64,000 bases of DNA from Schmidtea polychroa (GCA_044892525.1 CM097885.1:5954001-6018000), one strand, 5' to 3'; counted from the stretch's first letter, positions 25,501-37,802 are shown. Numbers and translations: made by a program. The notes: generated by a model from the sequence alone, not told the origin.

Positions 25501-26823
25501 TTGTAGTAAATTTGAAAAGTTTTTAAAATACATCTTGGGATTATTAGGCATTTTAATTAAAGCTGGATCATCTTTTTCACAAAATCTTGTATGTTTAATC
25601 ATAGAGTTTTTAGTTGTTGAATAATGAAGACATCTTTTACATGTTCCTCCTCCACTAGTTGGATTCTCTGGTGATGTAAAAGCTTGAAAGTTTTTTATTA
25701 AAACATAATGTTGATTATTTTGTTGTTCCAAGATTAAAAGATATATCTCATTGTCCTGTGCTCCGTTATCCTTGGTTCCACTATCTGAAATATAAATTGG
25801 AATAATTTCTTTCCCTATAACATGCTCATAAATATTAAGTTTAAGATTATTTAATTTTTCAAATTCTGGAATGTCTTCTAGTTTCATTGGGTGTTTGAAT
25901 CCTTTGGGAAATATTAATTCATTTTCATATTGTTTGTATTTTGAAACTCTTTGAGGGTTTGATTCTTGAGGATGTAAATGTGCAAGTATCGACCACATGA
26001 AACATTTGTTATCATTATTTTGTATGTTTATAACATTTTTAGATTTAAAGGGTGTAGGAATATAAGATTTAGGATTAGGTGGTAATCCTCTCCAATAATC
26101 AATCACTAAAGTTTGGAAAGAGTTGAATACTAAGTTTGAATCTCCTAATTCATTTTCAACCTCTTCTTGTTTTGCTTCTACTGCTTGAATTATTTCTTTG
26201 ATGGTTTTATCAAATCCTTTAGTTGAAAATAAATATTTAAAGGGTATTCCAATTTCAACATCTAAAGATGTTGTCTTTTCTTCTGCTCCTCGCCAGTATT
26301 TTGCTTTGATTATAATTTTATATTTTATAACATTATACCTTGTCGGTTTATAATTTTTTAAAGCTTCAGTGAAAGAATTTTTAATATTTTTTTTATTTTT
26401 ATTTATATATTCTCCAGGAGTTATAGGTCCATTGATTTCTAATTGAAATTCATCTACATGATTAAAATCATCCCAGTTATATTTTTCTCTTTCAACATGA
26501 TCAGGTTCTCCTTCTGAATGACATTCCTCATCGTCAGAATTTTGTTTTTTATTTTTACATTCTTTTATATGTTCTAAGTAATAGAAATTTAGTTTTGTTG
26601 AAAAGTTACAATGAGGACATGTAAATATTTCTCTATTTTTCCCGATACAATTTTCAAAATGTTTATTATATCCAGAATATAGAAATCTTCCTTTACATTT
26701 AGGACAAACTTTTGAATTTGTATCATTAAGATTGTTTTCTTTTAATAAATGAGCTTTCGATTTTAAGTGAGAAATTAATCCAGTTTTATTTTTAAAAACT
26801 TTATTACAAATATTACAATTCAT
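22544..26823 (-). CDS. polB: Protein-primed family B DNA polymerase with one frameshift (~23708)
   Basis: N-terminal C2H2 fingers; YGDFES; endonuclease-VII-like C..C..DHDH..YRGAAH..CN; FHNLFGYD; KGIYPY; YIDATALY; K..NNSVFGK (restored frame); MDTDS. Start is 26823 or 26862. Confidence 0.93.
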
Positions 26824-26930
26824 TTTTAGAAAAAAATTTTTTATTGGATACCCTGTTTTCATTTTATTTTTTAAGATTTATATTATTCATTTTTTATAAA
26901 TTAAAAATTAAAAAAATGACAAAAATCCGA

Positions 26931-27013
26931 TCTCCGATAGCGCAGTGGGAATAGACTGGCACAGTGGTTCAAATGGATAGCGGTTCAAATCCTAACTACG
27001 GTTAGTTTTTTTT
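26931..27013 (+). ncRNA. Candidate RNA Pol III small RNA (tRNA-type promoter, non-cloverleaf)
   Basis: A-box TAGCGCAGTGG 26938-26948, B-box GGTTCAAATCC 26982-26992 at tRNA spacing, T8 terminator 27006-27013. Confidence 0.6.
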
Positions 27014-27703
27014 CAACATAAAATAATATTAAAAATTTGAAAATAATATTGAAAATAGTGTGGGTATCTTATATTTATAAAGTACTTGTATATTTTATTT
27101 TATTTTATTTTATTTATTTTATTTATTTTATTTATTTTATTTATTATTTTATTTTTTAAACATAAATATGAAAAAAAAAATATTGAAACGGGTGATGGTG
27201 GCGAACCGGTAATTATCGCCACCTGTCTTTCGAACACCCCCGGATCGATTCTTTAATGTGCATATTTATTTCTCAGTTGTTTTCGGACCTCTTTCGAATT
27301 CACTTTCGAATTCATTTGTACTTTCGAGCAGCACACTTAAAACGCCGATGAAATCGACTTCGTGAGCGAGAAGCGAATAATAAGGTGTGCTGCTATTATC
27401 GGATTGATTCTGATGTATGAGTCTGGCCAGCTTGTATATTGGAAGAGATTCGATAAACGAAAGAGGTTGATAAATAAAAAAAATGATCCGGATCAAAAAA
27501 AACTGTTGAGGGGACAGTGAAAAAAAAAAAAAAATACCACTGTCCCCTCAGAGCAGTTTTACTATTTTTCATTTATTTTTTAATTTATATAATTTAAAAT
27601 CAATAATCTGATAAAGATCAACTCCGGAGTTTCATTGCGATCAGTAGTGTGTATATAGCCCTATCCCAAATAGCCCTCTAACTTTTTCATAATGCCATTT
27701 TCT

Positions 27704-27894
27704 TTTCTATTCTCTTTTTAGTTTGAAGCTTTTGAGTTTGAGGCTTTAAAGATTAAGGGTGGTTGTTGTTTAAAATATGGGGTTAAAATACTATAAAAAC
27801 ATAGGTTTTATGTTGTTTTTCTAATGGTTTAAGCGTAATGGAGGTATGTTTTTGTTGGGAGGGCTGTTTGGGTTGGGTATATATACACACTACT
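27704..27894 (-). repeat. Polinton-1 right TIR
   Basis: Inverted copy of 13941-14147. Confidence 0.9.
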
Positions 27895-29476
27895 CTCAGA
27901 GGTGGCCGATTCATATGATGGAGGATTTTCCATAAATGCTGGGAGATGGCTACAATTCCTACCCAACAAGAAGTATCCCGAATTGGAAGACAGAGAGAAA
28001 TGTTTGTCCCTGTGGTACCGCATTTGTCAATAAAAAATAAATTGTTTTCATTTACTTAGTCTTATAACTCGCCTCGTGTTGGTAAACATGACATTCGTGG
28101 TTTACCGTCTAAACCTGTAAAAGATGAGCTACACACAATCAGAATTAACAGTGAAAGCTGAAACATAGACTTGATTTTTTGAGATATTAAACGTAAATCT
28201 TAGACAAGTTGTGACGTTAGTAGCGCAGATCTAGATCTGTAGACAACTCGACATTTCCGAAAAATAGGGGTACTGAACTCTATAGAACGATTGTAAGCTT
28301 AAAGGTAGTGTCTTCCTCAATCACTGTGAATCCACACATCATTTTCTGTCGACCTAATAACACACTCGTGCTTCACTATTCCCATTGAATTTTAAGTCAC
28401 CTTCAGTGACGGACCCGTGAGGAAGCCCCCACATTACGGCCCGAATCAACTGCGTGATTGAAAAACTCCATGTCCACCGGCTGAGCTCCCGATGGCACCT
28501 CACACCATGACATGGGGTATCTCAACGCCACGTTTCTCAACAAATAAAATTTCATAAAATGGTAGTTACTGAATAAAGTATAAAACTCTGAATGAAATTA
28601 TTTATTAATGTTAACGATATTCAACCATATAAACATCTAAATCTACAAACATTAAAGTTATGGGATCAAATGAAAAGTCATGTGTTACAAAACAAAATTT
28701 TAATTATAAATTAACTTCATGATTATCATTAACTTAAAAGACAAATTCCACATAAAAGTTATCCTTACCACTAATATCGATGTTGAGGCTGAGTCAAAAA
28801 ATCTGTCGGTCGTTTTCTGAAAGCAAATTTGTTTTCGATTTCGAATCCTGGAAATTCCGATGCTACTGATTTTCTTGAGTGATCTATAAGTCGCTGATAA
28901 TGCCTGTAAAGTTTTTGGATTAACTGTAACGGTTTATAGAATTTATCCTACCTGTAAAGTTTTTGGATTAACTATAAGTTTATAATTTTTGTGTTTGCTT
29001 ATATAATAATTTTTAATGTGTGCGGACCAATCAGAATTGAGTACCGCTTAATTTTGTTGCTTTAATTTATTTTTCTTGTTTTTTGGTTTTTTCTTCCTAT
29101 TTTCTTTATTTTTATTATATTTTCTATTTATTTTCCTTAATTTCCTTATTATTTACTGAATTTTACGTTATTTTCCGTCATTCTATTGTCCTATTTTAAT
29201 TTTTCTTATTTTTATATTTTTGTTTTAATTCTTATTTTCTAATTATTGTTTTTCTTATATCTTATTCTATTTTATTCGTAAATTTGTTTATTTTATTTTT
29301 ATTTTCTTCGCACCCTGCTTATTTTACTTTCCTAATTTCCAAAATTAATTTTCCGACTCAGCCCAACAATTATATTTAGTCGACTAAGAAATAAAGTGCT
29401 CTTGAAAAGATTGCAGAACGATCGATAAAATCACTATTAAAAACATCAAGGTACGAGAATATACTGACTGCCTTAA

Positions 29477-29708
29477 CCCTTTCGCCCCTATTGGGACAAT
29501 ACGTCCCAGAAACTTTCATCATGATCCTACTGGGATATTTTCAATGGTCCATAAAAGCCTATTGGGACTTACTTTCCCAGGACTTTCTAGGATATTCAGA
29601 AGCGCCACGATTACAAAAATGAGAATATTTCATAATTAGGTCAATATTAACAAGTTCCAATATATAAATTTAGCATAGTGTCATTAGCGGAAAGTCGGTG
29701 CGAAAGGT
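29477..29708. mobile_element. piggyBac-type MITE
   Basis: TTAA TSD (29473-29476, 29709-29712) and CCCTTTCGC / GCGAAAGGT termini. Excision restores the hAT frame (LTA-LNTII). Confidence 0.85.
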
Positions 29709-30493
29709 TTAAACACCATTATTAATGATATTGAAGAGGGTTTCAATCAATCTTCAAAAGCAGAAGCACAAAATATTCTTGCAAAAGGACGAATTTGAAT
29801 TTCTTATAATCACTGTCTTACGGAACACAATCTTTGAGAATGGATCCTGTGACTCTTAAAGATCTATGAAAGGTCATTGGAAGCCAAAACTAAGATTTTT
29901 TTGCCTAAAATTGAGTACACTAAAAAAAGAAAACGAAACAAAAATAAATTTCCAGGTTAATTTGAATTTTTTGAAGATGATCTTATTTCGAAAGAAACAT
30001 TTAAAAAGGTTTTTATAAAAATTTTGGATACAATTCATTTCAATCTAAAAAAGGTGCTGTGTCGTACTAAGAAGCTCATGATTTGTTTGGATTTTTAATT
30101 GAAATTAATATTCACAACGATGTCTTGAAGATAAAAGTAGATAAACTTATAAAACAATATGATGGGATGTTATAGCAGGAAATCTTACAACTTCACAGTT
30201 TTATAAAAATAATGATCTAAAAACTGAGTTGACATGATTAAAGGAAAAAACATGGAAATTGCATTTCCAAATACTGAAACAATTCTCAGAATTTTCATAT
30301 AAGATAAAGATAAATGGTTAAAGAAATCTCTTTAAAATTAAAACTTGCTAAAAATGATTTAAGATCAACTATGTCTAAAGTGACCAAACGTCCCGATTTT
30401 TCACGATTTAATCCAGTGTCAAAATGAATAAAAAAATATGTCAAGGAATAAAATATTATACAATTTTTTATATTTATAAATTGTACTTATGTT

Positions 30494-31183
30494 AGTAGGG
30501 TATTGTGTGGACCCGGGAACAAAGACATATGACGTCATCGATGACGTCACAAAGAAATATGACGTCATACCCCCGGGGAGGGGGTTTTTTTTTAATTTTT
30601 TTTTTTAATTTTTTTTTTTAATTTTTTTTTTTAAATTTTTTAAAAAAATTTTTTTTTTTTAAACATTTTTTTTTAATTTATATTACGTTGCGGTATTTTA
30701 AAATTTATATTACGTTGCGGTATTTTAAAATTTATTATATTTTAATTATTAAATATATTACGTTGCGGTATTTTAAAAACTTATTGATAAAAGTTTAATA
30801 AAATAAAATTATTATTACACACACACAATATAGTCTACCCGACAAAATATTCTGTTCCCCTATGGTCACACACACACACAATGTATAAAAATATTATTTA
30901 CACACACGCAACAAGTTAGTGTTCTCATTGATATATTAATAATCTATATACTCCGAGTCTATCCGACAAAATATTCTGTTCCCCTATGGTCACACACACA
31001 CAATGTATAAAAATATTATTTACACACACGCAACAAGTTAGTGTTCTCATTGATATATTATTAATCTATATACTCCGAGTTTATCCGACAAAATATTCTG
31101 TCCCTCTATGGGTACTGCTCACAAGGGTACTGGTCACGCTCAACAACTCGCAAGGGTATTAATAAACAATGTAATAAAACATA

Positions 31184-31240
<57 letters not shown>

Positions 31241-31335
31241 ATTTCTATCACAAATCATGGTTAACAAAAAACATAGTCGAATATTATAAAATTAAGGTAT
31301 TGTGTTAGCACACACTCGTTATAATAATTAGCAAT
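30494..31335 (+). repeat. Maverick-2 left TIR (842 bp)
   Basis: Near-identical reverse complement of 60311-61014, plus one extra ~123-bp internal unit. Confidence 0.95.
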
Positions 31336-31348
31336 GTAATAAAACATA

Positions 31349-31415
<67 letters not shown>

Positions 31416-31684
31416 ATTATTATTATTAATATTATTATTATGGGTACTGCTCACAAAGGTCACAAAGGTAAAGGTTACAAATGTAATGCTAAAAATATTC
31501 AAGACATTAACAAAGAAATTATACTTTAAATATACACTAAAATTTATTAACACACTGAGTAAAGGTAACTAACAAAACTTTAACATATTATTATTATTAC
31601 AATGTATAAAAATTGTTCACAAAGTTACTGTTAAAAATAATCAAGATAATAAAATCAATACATTTATTAAATAATTTAAACACA

Positions 31685-34600
31685 TCATCGAAAATAATCA
31701 TGTCCAAAATAATTATCATCTGCTGGATCATGGAAATCATCTGTATCATGGAAATCATCTGTATCATCTGCTGAGATAGCTTCCGTTGAATCTATAAATA
31801 TATCGGTGTCACCGCCCCTATAATGGCCATATGCCAAACTTTGATTTTTATCCACCCAATTTCGTTTATCATCTCTACACGTCAAGGCTCTTTTATTATT
31901 TTTAATACTAAAAAGTTGGTGATTTTTTGACGTTATTCTAAACTGAGGGACTGTGTATATTTTATCATTTAAATAACAATCTAGATACGACTGATGTGTT
32001 AGTCCAGTATCTTTCATACTTATCCCCTTAGCCTTCATACTTTCCTCATCACCCATCAAACTGTAACATTTAGGTCTCAAGAACACCCAATCTTTATATA
32101 ATAACCCTTTATTCTCGTCTTTGAATTTGCCAATGACAGAATCAAGGTTCCTACTATATAAAGGATGATTTGGGTCATAATTCGAAGTATCTAATAATTG
32201 ATCTCTAATCATCGCAGGTAAAAGAATGTCAAGACTACAATGTTTAATTTCCAAGAAGAAGGAATCTGTGTCTCCAGCAACGATATTAATTTCGCAGTTG
32301 AATTCGTCGCGATATTTTTGCAACTCTTCATACTGCAGCTGGTACATCCTGAGTTTGGATAAATCAAGTACGGTTTGACCAATGTAACTAGGTCTATTCA
32401 AACACACTATGTCCTTCCTCAATAAAACCGAAATCAAGTCATCATCGATTTTCGTGGATTTACGAAAAGTCGGTTTCGAACAGAATGTTAATAATCTCTG
32501 TGAAGAATTACACAGACGTAAATTAATACGTTTTTTAAGATTTTCAACAGTCTTGCCGTAAAGACTGTTGTTTAATAATTTATAAAAATTTTTATCGAGT
32601 TTATTTGTCGACGCTGCTCGTAACGCCGTATTTGTGTTAATATAATTTTTGAAAATTTTATCTTGTTTAAATTTAATTGCTCTATGTGTTTTTGATATTT
32701 TAACACCTAATTTAATAAATATTTGTAGAAGCCTCCAATGAAGAACGTAGTTCCTCTTGGGGCTATGTGTAAGCAACAGCTTCTCTATTTTCGAACCCGG
32801 TACACACATCTTTTCAGCGGCAACGGGAAGATCGTCCAGTTTGTCGTGAATTGACGTCGGTATTTCTAAATCCACTTCTATGGTATAACCATAATCAAGC
32901 AGATCTAAATCTACCGTTGTGCATTCAACAATTATATTATTTAATAAATTATCATCAGTAACCCATTCAAAGTCACTGCAAGGTAATGGTTGACTTAAAG
33001 CCCAACCGTATAAATTATTTATATCTATGTAAAGCAAAGCGGTATCCGGGTCTGTTTTTACATAATGTTTGTTTACAAAAGTTAGTCCGCCACGGATACC
33101 GCCCTCGAAAAAGTTATACATCTCCATATCGGTGAGGAGCTCAATTGGAGAGTTTAAAGTTAATAAGGCTGAATTCCAAGACATACCTGGAATCCCTAAG
33201 AAATTTAATGGCTCTAGTCGGTTATGAGCAATGGACTTAGCTCTAAATTGCTGGAAAAAATCGGCTAAAAGGAAAACATCAAGTTTTAAATAAACCATCA
33301 TGTAATCGAAAAGTGAAGTACATGAAGTTTCAACCCAAATTCGCTGAGCTGTCTCATATTCAGCAGGAGTCACATCTTTCCAAATAGGTGGTAACTGATG
33401 AGTGTTATGTAGAACCTCTAATGAAGTTGCGACATCATAAGGAAAAATTCCCTTTGCAGTTATTATTGTACCCTGAAATTCTGATTCGGTCAAGGGTAAA
33501 GATGATAAAGTTTTGACAGCATTATTTAAAGACTCGCTGACAAATTGATAAGAGTCTATAAATTTAACAGTTAATGAGTCAATCCTAGCAAAAAGACTAA
33601 GGAATTTCTCGCTGGTTAAAGGAATACAACTAATATTCCATGAATGATATTTTGAAAGGCCAAATTTCAAGATATGATGCAGATCATAACCCTTTAAATT
33701 ATGAAATACTACAGGAAGGGTATGTCTAATTTGCCTCGACAGATTACAAGTTGTACAAGCGGCACCAAGATATAGACCGGTAAAATGATCATGGTCCCTA
33801 ACTGGACTAACTAAAGGCTTATTACACAAATAACATGATGTGCTGTTTTCAAACATTAATTGTTGCTCATCTGTAATTATCATTTTCTTTTGATAATTTT
33901 TATAATAATAAGGAGTTACAATATATTTCCCTATCATTTCAATTTCAGTAAGAAATTGATCGACACAATCTAAACCGGTGAACGACTTATAAATTTTTAC
34001 GCCTGTGAAATTATTAATAAAAAGCATACCGGCAGAAATAGGCAGATGACGTTGAAAGTAGCGAGTGTCTTTAGGTAAGATAGCCTCAAAGTCAGCGTAA
34101 ATAACAAAGGGAGGAGTAACGGTTTTACTCCAATCAGTAAATTCTAAATATTTATTTTTAGGCAATGTGTACAAGGTAGTACCAAGCTGATTTTTATCGC
34201 AAAGACCCTTATGTCTATTAAAAGCGTCATCATTCCTAAAACCGTTTAAACATCTAGGGCACCACTGACTACAAATCCTAACAGGAGTGATTGAACTATT
34301 CCTACAATTAAGAAATCTATTTAAGTCTGTGATTCCAAGATAATGATAATTATCATTCTTTTCGATTAATAATAAATTGATAGGTATGGCTCCTACTATC
34401 TTACTCCTATATATTATATCAATAAAGGGATGTTTCATAACTGCATCTTCATCGAAAATGTCAATCAAAGCCTTTTCGTTATAAGTAAGAACATTAATAC
34501 TATAACCCGGATTTTGTTGTTCAAATTTACTTATATTTGATAGTTTCATCGGCATATCATTAGGATCAAATTTAATTTCAGAAAGATTGTAGGAATTAGG

Positions 34601-35065
34601 GCGATTTCTATATTGCCTATTTATACAGTCATATTTAATAATTGACAAGAAACTATACAAAAAGCAGAAGTGGTCATTATTAACTACATTAATGAGACAG
34701 CTTAAGTTTCTTAAAGATTTTGGGGTTTCAATAAAACTTCTACCACTTAATCGACTTATTTCAGCAAATTTAGTAAGAACAAAGCTTATGTATTCTATTT
34801 TATTGATAGTCCAATTACTACCTTTCTCATTAATTTTAATTATTTTTTCATTTAAACGAGCAATACCTTCGTCAATGAATGTATCGCTCCAAACTCGGGC
34901 GGAATTCGAGATTACAAAAGATTGTAACTCATCATCTTTTATAAATTCCACCTTTAGACAAAATTGAATTTTACATGATTTTAATTTATTTACATATAAA
35001 TTTAATTTATTTATTAAAATTTCTGGTACAGAGACCGTTTTTAAATCTAAAGACGAAACGTCCAT
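31685..35065 (-). CDS. polB: Protein-primed family B DNA polymerase (intact, 1126 aa)
   Basis: YADFE, endonuclease-VII-like CYLC..DHDH..CN, FHNLKGYD, KGIFPY, YIDINNLYG, KLLNNSLYGK, GDTDS. Confidence 0.96.
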   Translation of the reverse strand: MDVSSLDLKTVSVPEILINKLNLYVNKLKSCKIQFCLKVEFIKDDELQSFVISNSARVWSDTFIDEGIARLNEKIIKINEKGSNWTINKIEYISFVLTKFAEISRLSGRSFIETPKSLRNLSCLINVVNNDHFCFLYSFLSIIKYDCINRQYRNRPNSYNLSEIKFDPNDMPMKLSNISKFEQQNPGYSINVLTYNEKALIDIFDEDAVMKHPFIDIIYRSKIVGAIPINLLLIEKNDNYHYLGITDLNRFLNCRNSSITPVRICSQWCPRCLNGFRNDDAFNRHKGLCDKNQLGTTLYTLPKNKYLEFTDWSKTVTPPFVIYADFEAILPKDTRYFQRHLPISAGMLFINNFTGVKIYKSFTGLDCVDQFLTEIEMIGKYIVTPYYYKNYQKKMIITDEQQLMFENSTSCYLCNKPLVSPVRDHDHFTGLYLGAACTTCNLSRQIRHTLPVVFHNLKGYDLHHILKFGLSKYHSWNISCIPLTSEKFLSLFARIDSLTVKFIDSYQFVSESLNNAVKTLSSLPLTESEFQGTIITAKGIFPYDVATSLEVLHNTHQLPPIWKDVTPAEYETAQRIWVETSCTSLFDYMMVYLKLDVFLLADFFQQFRAKSIAHNRLEPLNFLGIPGMSWNSALLTLNSPIELLTDMEMYNFFEGGIRGGLTFVNKHYVKTDPDTALLYIDINNLYGWALSQPLPCSDFEWVTDDNLLNNIIVECTTVDLDLLDYGYTIEVDLEIPTSIHDKLDDLPVAAEKMCVPGSKIEKLLLTHSPKRNYVLHWRLLQIFIKLGVKISKTHRAIKFKQDKIFKNYINTNTALRAASTNKLDKNFYKLLNNSLYGKTVENLKKRINLRLCNSSQRLLTFCSKPTFRKSTKIDDDLISVLLRKDIVCLNRPSYIGQTVLDLSKLRMYQLQYEELQKYRDEFNCEINIVAGDTDSFFLEIKHCSLDILLPAMIRDQLLDTSNYDPNHPLYSRNLDSVIGKFKDENKGLLYKDWVFLRPKCYSLMGDEESMKAKGISMKDTGLTHQSYLDCYLNDKIYTVPQFRITSKNHQLFSIKNNKRALTCRDDKRNWVDKNQSLAYGHYRGGDTDIFIDSTEAISADDTDDFHDTDDFHDPADDNYFGHDYFR

Positions 35066-35124
35066 TTTTAATATAATATGATTATTATTTAAATCACTGG
35101 TGACATCTACGACACCATAACCTA

Positions 35125-36774
35125 TGTTGGTTACTTAGGGGTGTGTCCTTTTTACAATTTAAAATACGTTAGGGGTAATCATAACCGTTCGACTCTTTCC
35201 TAAGCACCTCCATGACTATTGCAATTTAAACCATTTGTGTACCCATGGCGACGACCATGTTGGCACTGTACACAAAGGTGAAAAAACAATGAGCAGGTGA
35301 GCTCTATTACTAAAACTACTCCCCATTGGATTTTCTTTTCGGGTTCTAGACTGCCGATAGAAGGTCTTACGTCCTTATTCACTATATATGCTATTTTTGG
35401 ATCGTTGTTGGTCCTCAATTACGGGTATTTCTAATTGTTCTCTTATAAAATTTTGTGCAGGGATCCGTCCTTATTTCCCAGCTAGTAATTATTGTTCTAC
35501 ACTTCCTACAATATTTAAATTATCCTTTGAAAAATTTGCGCAGGGATTGGCCCTTATTTTCAAGTTAATCCACACTTGCCATAATATTTAAATTGTCCTT
35601 CAAAGATTTTGAGCAGGGATCTGCCTGTGTTTCTAATCCTGAGCTGTCGGAAAAATTACATAAATCTAACTTTATCCATCTTCAACTGGTCTCAACTATT
35701 CCATCTTTACTCCTAACTCACTTATGTCTATAAAACATAAAGGCGACTAAGCCACCTACATTATCTAAATCTAAATAAAATCCTAAACGACCTAAAATGA
35801 CATTACACTCCCAAATCATTCCTATCACTATCACTGTCCTCTAACTCGATGGACTCAACCGGCGAAATATCTGCCGACCAACAGCACGTAGTGCCGCCCG
35901 TCCACAAACTTTTCCCCAGCCCAGACCATCGACACAATCAACAAATAATATAATTGAATTCAATAAAAACTATGATTTAGAATAAATGAATTTAAACCAT
36001 TAAAAAGGATCACTAAAGAAAATTTAACCGAAACATTAATAGCATATAAAATTTATTAATTAAAATACTCCATAAAAATTACAGAAAACAATAACAAATA
36101 AATTACCACATCCACGTTGGCATAAAATCGAAACTGAGAGTTCTGCAAATTAAGTGGCTATGTTGGAAAAAGTGAGAGTGTTTTTCAATTGAATTTGTGA
36201 TCAGTATTTATACTGATTTTGAATGCGTACTCTATCCAATCAGAGTGCGAGAATTATTGAATTGATTTTGCACACATGCATGAATGTGTGTAATTATTTA
36301 TTTGTTTTAATTTCATAAATTTCTTATTTAATTTTTATTAATTTTAATTTTACAAATTTTATAATTTAACTAATTTGAGTTATATTAATTTTTATTAATT
36401 TAAACATTTTTATTCTTTAAATTTAATAAGTTAAATAACCATTTAATTCTATAAACTTTACAATTTACATAATGCTAATTAATTTTATTATTTTTGACGA
36501 TTTAATCTTTATATTGTTTAAATAATTTTCAACTAATTCCATTTTCTATTTTATTATTTTTCTATTTAAATTTTTAAGTGTTGAATTTTCTGTTAAATTT
36601 ATTTATCTCTTTATTCTATTATACGGGGTTTATTGATTCTTAATGTGTAATGTAGTTTATTTTATTTATTTTAAATTAAACCTTGGTCATAAATTTTTTT
36701 CAACTTTGCGGTTTTTGTGTTAGGTATTTTCGATCGATTAAAACAAACTCTCAGTTCTCGTTTTCAGCCCAACA
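35125..36774 (-). repeat. 3' LTR (1650 bp)
   Basis: Direct repeat of 48880-50536. Confidence 0.96.
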
Positions 36775-37802
36775 AATCACTCCGGGACCCGTTAAAATTG
36801 CGTCCCGCAATTCTGTTAGACATATGAATTTCCCAGGTCATAGTCTATTACATTCCCATTAACCTATAAACATACTATAATAGTTTAAGACATGTTAGAA
36901 TTCAATTAGCAGAAGAAGGTCTAAGCTCAAATTCAAGCAGTTGCCACATACAGTGACTGGTCATAATACACATACATACTGATACAGTGTCCAAACTCAA
37001 GTACGAGTCATATGCAAAAGTTTTATTTCTGGATCAATTCTTCAGTTGGTTGTTTCTTATCTTTTCTGGGTTCGGTTTTCAATCTTTCGGCTGGGTTTTG
37101 TAGGCATGTTTGATTCCTGTTGTTGATTTTCATAATTAGCTCGTAATACTTACTGAAGATCATAGGATTCTCTCTATCGGGGTTTGACTGTTTTCCCATA
37201 TTCTCTTTGGATTTTTAGGTTGGGATTCTGATTTTCTGGATCATTTGATGGTATTGACGGACCTTGCTCCAGGGTTTTCGGAACTTTTGTTCAACTGGGT
37301 GATTTGACACATTGATTTTTCTTTTGGTTTTTCTTGGTGGTTTTGTTTACGGTATTGCTCTTATTAAGGGGTTTTCTTCCTCTAGTGGGTAACTTGAATT
37401 ATTTTCGATTTTGGTCTAAGTTCGCTTGATTTGATTAAGTTTCTAATGTCACTGGGTCTGTGACTTTCGTCTCATTTATCAGGATCTTTTACCGTTCTTT
37501 GTTTAGGGGTTCCAAATTAGGTATTATTTTTAGATATTCGTTTAACTCATTCTTTCTAGGTTTGCATCTTTATCTTTCTTCTGGATTTATATTCTTTCTT
37601 CTCATTTGAGCCTCTGTTCTCCTTTACCATTGTAAGGGTTCAAATTTTGTATTTTTCCCAACTGATTACTTGATCCATTTCTATTTATACATCGATCTTT
37701 TGCCACATTATACATCAATTTATACCTATACATCTAGTACATTTAGTTTGCTATTTATACATCAATTTTTACATATGTTCACTTCCTTTTTACTATTTTC
37801 AT

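Larger units (their letters stand above)
13941..27894. mobile_element. Polinton-1: Polinton/Maverick (adintovirus-like endogenous virus), 13,954 bp
   Basis: AGTAGTGTG...CACACTACT termini, 6-bp TSD CTCAGA (13935-13940, 27895-27900), TIRs, and a full gene set (pPolB, integrase, ATPase, protease, major and minor capsid). Confidence 0.97.
11713..29368 (-). mobile_element. ~3.7 kb Gypsy-type solo LTR (interrupted by Polinton-1)
   Basis: TG...CA ends (TGCTGG / CAGCCCAACA) and 4-bp TSD ATTA. Removing it rejoins the hAT transposase frame. It shares its terminus and a 25-nt motif with the LTRs at 35125 and 48880. Confidence 0.75.

Noticed and set aside
26931..27005. Functional tRNA gene
   Set aside because: Promoter boxes are present, but the acceptor, anticodon and T stems do not pair canonically.
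27287..27467. Hammerhead ribozyme
   Set aside because: CTGATG and GAAA words are present, but no CUGANGA/GAAA/UH core with three correct stems could be built.
28533..28542. Alternative solo-LTR end at TCTCAACA
   Set aside because: The TSD is imperfect and the hAT frame resumes only after 29368.
35200..35591. Duplicated small ORFs (also 48955-49346)
   Set aside because: Identical only because they lie in the two LTRs; no coding evidence.
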